Shown: positions 59,599 through 64,000 of the stretch, piece by piece
How positions within the stretch are numbered: position 1 is the stretch's first letter
Layout: each line of letters opens with the position of its first letter
Source of the DNA: Clostridia bacterium
Lineage (GTDB): Bacteria > Bacillota > Clostridia > UMGS1883 > UMGS1540
Assembly: GCA_045533905.1 (NCBI GenBank)
Contig: JAZSIR010000003.1
Location: 91,515-155,514, forward strand
Direction: 5' to 3'
DNA: 64,000 nucleotides
Made by a program: the position numbers and the translations under genes
The notes under the pieces: model-generated
Told to the model about the DNA's origin: nothing
Databases searched by the model: none
What the model saw: only the letters and a program-made list of their open reading frames with translations

Positions 59599-60918
59599 TT
59601 AGTCCTCTGCCTTGCAAAGGAGAAGGTTTGTAAGGATACCCAAAATCAAAGCAGTCGCAATATTTGTGATCTGCACCTTTCCGAAGGTGAGGGAAAGACC
59701 GCCGATACCGGCAATCAAAATGACGCTCACAACGAAGAGGTTGCGGTTTTTGTCAAGGTCGATATCGCGGATCATCTTAAGACCGGATACAGCGATAAAG
59801 CCGTAAAGTGCCATACAAACGCCGCCCATTACGCAGGAGGGGATGGTGTTTACAAAGGCAACGAAGGGGCTTACAAAAGAGATGAGGAGCGCACCGATAG
59901 CCGCCGTAATGATGGTGGCAACGGAAGCGTTCTTCGTAATCGCAACACAGCCAACAGATTCACCGTATGTGGTGTTCGGACAACCGCCGAAGATAGCACC
60001 TGCCAAAGAGCCGATACCGTCACCCAAAAGCGTGCGGTGGAGCCCCGGGTTTTCAAGAAGGTCAGATTCAATAATGGAGCTTAAGTTTTTGTGGTCAGCA
60101 ATATGCTCTGCAAATACAACGAAGGCAACCGGGATGTATGCAACAGCTACAGTACCGATATAAGCGCCATCAATCGCCTTAAAGCCTTCCATAGCCGTCA
60201 GGAATGTGAAGTCCGGAAGTGCAAAAATGCTTTCCATAGCGGAGAAAGCGGAAAAGTCAATTACGATAAGGGCGGGGTTCGCGGTAGCCGTACCGATGAA
60301 ATAGAAGATGGTAGCAGCGGCGTAGCCGGCAACAATACCGATGATGAAAGGAATAAGCTTTACCATTTTCTTACCGTATGTAGAGGAAACCATAGTCACG
60401 GCAAGTGTGATAAGACCGCAGATAAGTGCTACATAGGGAGAACCGGTAGCGGCAGGGGTCTTTGTCAAGTCACCGATGGCATTGCCTGCAAGGGAAAGAC
60501 CGATAATCGCAACCGTAGGCCCGATAACAACAGCCGGCATAATCTTGTTAATCCAGCGAACACCGGCAAACTTTACGATAATAGCGATTATGACGTATAC
60601 GAGTGCGGCAAAAGCGGCGCCGATTAAGAGACCTGCGTAGCCCACCTGCACGCTCACAGCACCTGCAAAAGCTGCGGCCATCGAGCCGATAAAGGCGAAA
60701 GAGCTACCGAGGAAAACGGGGCTGTTTGCGCGTGTGAAAAGTACGTACACGAGGGTACCGATACCGGCACCAAACAGAGCTGCCGACGGCTGCATGCCAT
60801 TACCTACGATTACAGGAACAACGAGAGTTGCCGCCATGATGGCGAGGAGCTGCTGCAGTGCAAAAATAATGAGCTGCCCGAACTTGGGTTTGTCCTTGAC
60901 ACCGAAAACCATTTTCAT
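59599..60918 (-). CDS. uraA: Uracil/xanthine permease (NCS2)
   Basis: FLGSSFAF, EHIADH, PNTTYGE, GFIAVSG. Confidence 0.92.
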   Translation of the reverse strand: MKMVFGVKDKPKFGQLIIFALQQLLAIMAATLVVPVIVGNGMQPSAALFGAGIGTLVYVLFTRANSPVFLGSSFAFIGSMAAAFAGAVSVQVGYAGLLIGAAFAALVYVIIAIIVKFAGVRWINKIMPAVVIGPTVAIIGLSLAGNAIGDLTKTPAATGSPYVALICGLITLAVTMVSSTYGKKMVKLIPFIIGIVAGYAAATIFYFIGTATANPALIVIDFSAFSAMESIFALPDFTFLTAMEGFKAIDGAYIGTVAVAYIPVAFVVFAEHIADHKNLSSIIESDLLENPGLHRTLLGDGIGSLAGAIFGGCPNTTYGESVGCVAITKNASVATIITAAIGALLISFVSPFVAFVNTIPSCVMGGVCMALYGFIAVSGLKMIRDIDLDKNRNLFVVSVILIAGIGGLSLTFGKVQITNIATALILGILTNLLLCKAED

Positions 60919-60940
60919 TTTCAAAATTCCTCCTTTTACT

Positions 60941-61020
60941 AAAAACACCTTGTTTCCGGACAGAAACAAGGCATACTTTTTCATTTCCCTCTTGCCGATG
61001 TCACTGCACCGAATTAAAGA
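60941..61020 (-). promoter_or_regulatory. PyrR-binding attenuator
   Basis: Minus strand CTTTAA, CGGTG/CATCG stem with CAGTGA (CNGNGA) loop, then CCTTGTTTC/GAAACAAGG terminator with T-run. Confidence 0.75.
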
Positions 61021-61130
61021 TATTTTCGTTTCGACTTATTATACCATATTTCGCGTGCGTTTGTAAAGAGATTTTTACATTTTTGCCCTTTTTTTGCAAT
61101 ATTGAAAATGAAAACTGTTCAAAGTACACA

Positions 61131-61166
61131 AAAAAGCGCCGCAAAGTGGAGGATGCGGCGCTTTTT
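61131..61166 (-). terminator. Terminator after spo0A
   Basis: AAAAAGCGCCGCA/TGCGGCGCTTTTT. Confidence 0.75.
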
Positions 61167-61186
61167 GGGAAAGTGAGAAAAAGAGA

Positions 61187-61969
61187 TCAGCTGACCTCTA
61201 AATCGAGGCGTAATTTGTCGGCAATGAGGGCAATGAATTCTGAGTTTGTCGGTTTGCCCTTGTTGTTATTGACGGTGTAGCCGAAAAGGCGGTAGAGGAC
61301 TTCGTCGTTTCCGCGCATACAGGCCACCTCAATCGCGTGGCGGATGGCGCGCTCTACGCGCGAGGGAGAGGTGTTGTGCCGTCCGGCCACCTTGGGATAT
61401 AGCTGCTTTGTGATGGCTCCGATAAGCTCCGTGTCGGCAATCGACATCATAATCGCATCCCGGAGGTACTGATAGCCTTTAATATTTGCGGGGATGCCCA
61501 CGGAATGGATGGTGTCGGTAACGGAGCGCTCAATGGCGCGCCGCATAGTTTCTTCACTGTTTGGCGTATCCTTTTCCGAAGGGGCGGGGTGCGATGTGAA
61601 GAGACGGCGGAGTCTTTCGGGCAGATGCTCCGCATCAATCGGCTTCATCATACAAAAATCGGCGCCTTCGGCAATGCACATCCGCATCGTTGCATCCTGC
61701 ATGGCGGCAGAAAGCATCACCACACGCGGCCGCACCTTGGACGGAAGCTTGCGGATTTCGCAAAGCGCGCTGATGCCGTCCGTCTTCGGCATTACGATGT
61801 CCATAAGTATAAGGTCAGGCCCGAGCTTTTCTGCCGCACGGATGGCCTCCTGCCCGTCCCGCGCGGTGCCCACCACCACAAAATCCGAAGTTTTTTCGAG
61901 CGTATCTTTTATAGAAGCTACAAAGCGTATGTCATCATCTGTAAGTAAGACGCGAATCTTATCTGCCAT
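61187..61969 (-). CDS. spo0A: Sporulation master regulator
   Basis: Receiver domain (DDD, MDIVMP, KP); [41 protein letters not shown]. Confidence 0.92.
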   Translation of the reverse strand: MADKIRVLLTDDDIRFVASIKDTLEKTSDFVVVGTARDGQEAIRAAEKLGPDLILMDIVMPKTDGISALCEIRKLPSKVRPRVVMLSAAMQDATMRMCIAEGADFCMMKPIDAEHLPERLRRLFTSHPAPSEKDTPNSEETMRRAIERSVTDTIHSVGIPANIKGYQYLRDAIMMSIADTELIGAITKQLYPKVAGRHNTSPSRVERAIRHAIEVACMRGNDEVLYRLFGYTVNNNKGKPTNSEFIALIADKLRLDLEVS

Positions 61970-62111
61970 TTTCAAAACCTCCTCTGGAAATATTTTCCAA
62001 TAATATTTTACAATATTTTCCAATTGATTGCAAGCTTTTTTTGAAAAAAAGCTAAAAAACCTCGTAAAACCCAAAAACAGGGCGTTACGAGGTTTCTTTT
62101 TCGGTTTGTAA

Positions 62112-63464
62112 TCAGTTTTTGAGGCTGTGCATCGGGGCCGGAATACGGCCGCCGCGGGCAATCATCGCATCACAGCGGAAGGGATTTACGGGCATAACGG
62201 GCGCGGTGCCGAGTAGGCCGCCAAAATCCACCATATCGCCGACCTTTTTGCCGGGAGCCGGGATAATGCGAAGCGCCGTGGTTTTCGTGTTGACAACGCC
62301 GAGCGCCACTTCGTCGGCCAGAATACCGGAAATCGTTTCGGCGGAAGTATCGCCCGGAACGGCCACCATATCAATACCGACCGAGCACACACACGTCATC
62401 GCTTCGAGCTTTTCGAGGGAGAGCGCGCCGAGCTTTACGGCTTCAATCATACCAGCATCCTCGCTTACGGGAATAAAAGCGCCGCTGAGACCGCCAACGT
62501 AGGAGGAAGCCATAACGCCGCCTTTTTTCACAGCGTCATTCAGAAGTGCAAGTGCTGCAGTAGTTCCCGGCGCACCGCACTTTTCAAGGCCGATTTCTTC
62601 CAGAATATAGGCCACACTGTCACCAACGGCGGGAGTCGGTGCAAGGGAAAGGTCCACAATGCCGAACGGAACGCCGAGACGGCGGGAGGCCTCTGTTGCC
62701 ACAAGCTGCCCCATTCTGGTGATTTTGAAGGCCGTTTTCTTAATCGTTTCGGCCACGGTGCCAAGGTCAGCCCCGCGTACCTTTTCGAGGGCGCATTTTA
62801 CAACGCCCGGGCCGCTTACGCCGACGTTGATAACACATTCCGGCTCGCCTGCACCGTGGAAAGCGCCGGCCATAAAGGGGTTATCCTCCACCGCGTTTGC
62901 AAAGACCACGAGCTTTGCGCAGCCCATACCGCCGCTGTCAGCGGTGCGTGCGGCTGTTTCCTTTATAATACGCCCCATGCGGGCAACGGCATCCATATTG
63001 ATGCCGGCTTTTGTAGAAGCGACGTTTACGCTCGAGCACACAAGCTTCGTTTCGGCAAGTGCCTCAGGGATAGTCTCGAGAAAATCTTCCTCGCCGCCCG
63101 TGAAGCCTTTTTGCACAAGCGCGGAATAGCCGCCGATAAAGTTTATGCCGGTACCTTCTGCCGCACGGTCGAGTGCGCGTGCAAGGCCAACATAATTGCC
63201 CGAAGCCTGTCCTACAATGGAAATGGGCGTAACAGAAACGCGCTTGTTGATAATCGGAATCCCGTATTCTTTTTCGATGGATTCGCCCGTTTCGACAAGA
63301 CGGCCTGCGCGGCGCATAATCTTGTCGTATACAGCATCGGCCGTGCGCGTAGCATCGCTGTGGATGCAGTCGAGAAGCGAGATGCCCATCGTAATGGTGC
63401 GAACATCGAGATGCTCCTGGCGAATCATCGAAATGGTTTCTAAAATTTCAGATGTATTAATCAC
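62112..63464 (-). CDS. UPF0210/DUF711 (PFL-family) protein
   Basis: [45 protein letters not shown]. Confidence 0.92.
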   Translation of the reverse strand: MINTSEILETISMIRQEHLDVRTITMGISLLDCIHSDATRTADAVYDKIMRRAGRLVETGESIEKEYGIPIINKRVSVTPISIVGQASGNYVGLARALDRAAEGTGINFIGGYSALVQKGFTGGEEDFLETIPEALAETKLVCSSVNVASTKAGINMDAVARMGRIIKETAARTADSGGMGCAKLVVFANAVEDNPFMAGAFHGAGEPECVINVGVSGPGVVKCALEKVRGADLGTVAETIKKTAFKITRMGQLVATEASRRLGVPFGIVDLSLAPTPAVGDSVAYILEEIGLEKCGAPGTTAALALLNDAVKKGGVMASSYVGGLSGAFIPVSEDAGMIEAVKLGALSLEKLEAMTCVCSVGIDMVAVPGDTSAETISGILADEVALGVVNTKTTALRIIPAPGKKVGDMVDFGGLLGTAPVMPVNPFRCDAMIARGGRIPAPMHSLKN

Positions 63465-63476
63465 GGCAGTGCCCCC

Positions 63477-63746
63477 TTAAATTCTGTGCATAGAGTGGAA
63501 AAGGTCAGCATGCTGCACAGTGATGGAAACGCCGATTTCTGCCCCGAGCTTTTCCATTTCTTCTTCCACCTCGGTGAGTGTTTTCTGGCTTTCGGAAATA
63601 TCCGTCAGCATAATCATCGTGAAAATATCCTGCATAATCGTCTGGCTGATGTCCAGAATATTAATGTTGTTTTTTGCGAGCGCGGCCGTAACACCTGCAA
63701 TAATACCGATGCGGTCACACCCTAAAACAGTAATAATAGCTTTCAT
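63477..63746 (-). CDS. UPF0237 ACT-domain protein
   Basis: MKAIITVLG.DRIGII, NILDISQT, MHRI; the usual partner of DUF711. Confidence 0.9.
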   Translation of the reverse strand: MKAIITVLGCDRIGIIAGVTAALAKNNINILDISQTIMQDIFTMIMLTDISESQKTLTEVEEEMEKLGAEIGVSITVQHADLFHSMHRI

Positions 63747-63867
63747 ACGAAAGGCTCCTTCCTATAAATCAAATACATTCTAATTGTACCAAGAAAAGGC
63801 AAGAAAGTCAAGGCATTCCACACACAAAAAGGCGCTGTAAAAAACTTGGTTTTTTACGCCCCTTTTG

Positions 63868-64000
63868 GGGAATAGGAAAAAAAGAGGCAGAACGCGAAAA
63901 CTCCACCCGACGCTGTACGTCGTCAAAACAAAGTCCACTCGCTCCGGTTTTGCTTTACTGGCAAAACCCTCCGCTCAGTTTCCTTGTTTTTCCTATTCCC
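63868..64000. repeat. MITE-like element with perfect 14-bp terminal inverted repeats (reaches window edge)
   Basis: GGGAATAGGAAAAA (63868-63881) / TTTTTCCTATTCCC (63987-64000); internal GTTTTGC/GCAAAAC hairpin. Confidence 0.6.

Overview
64 kb of a moderately GC-rich, spore-forming clostridial (Oscillospirales/Clostridia-type) anaerobe chromosome. The backbone is housekeeping: split metH, an Asn-T-box-controlled aspS-gatCAB operon, PerR-rubrerythrin, ddh, an EF-G paralogue, rpsT, cysK, Mrp, a trimeric electron-bifurcating-type [FeFe]-hydrogenase, ylxM-ffh-rpsP-khpA-rimM-trmD, six tRNAs, azlCD, pyrR/uraA with a PyrR attenuator, and spo0A. Four things stand out. (1) A tightly coupled three-gene operon (34.7-44.5 kb) encodes a 2,643-aa helical-repeat protein ending in a STAND-type NTPase, a second STAND-type NTPase and a 3-TM protein; it is a candidate NLR-like defence/conflict system. 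(2) An AT-rich island (16.1-19.5 kb) has a ~35-37 bp imperfect palindrome starting GCATCTAAACC after each gene, and the same motif recurs at the edge of a second AT-rich island (54.9 kb), suggesting an integron-like cassette-capture system. (3) GatA has lost its whole amidase catalytic triad and sits near an asparaginase gene. (4) A family of ~135-160 bp MITE/REP-like elements with terminal inverted repeats is present. All protein calls come from visual motif recognition; no database searches were run.
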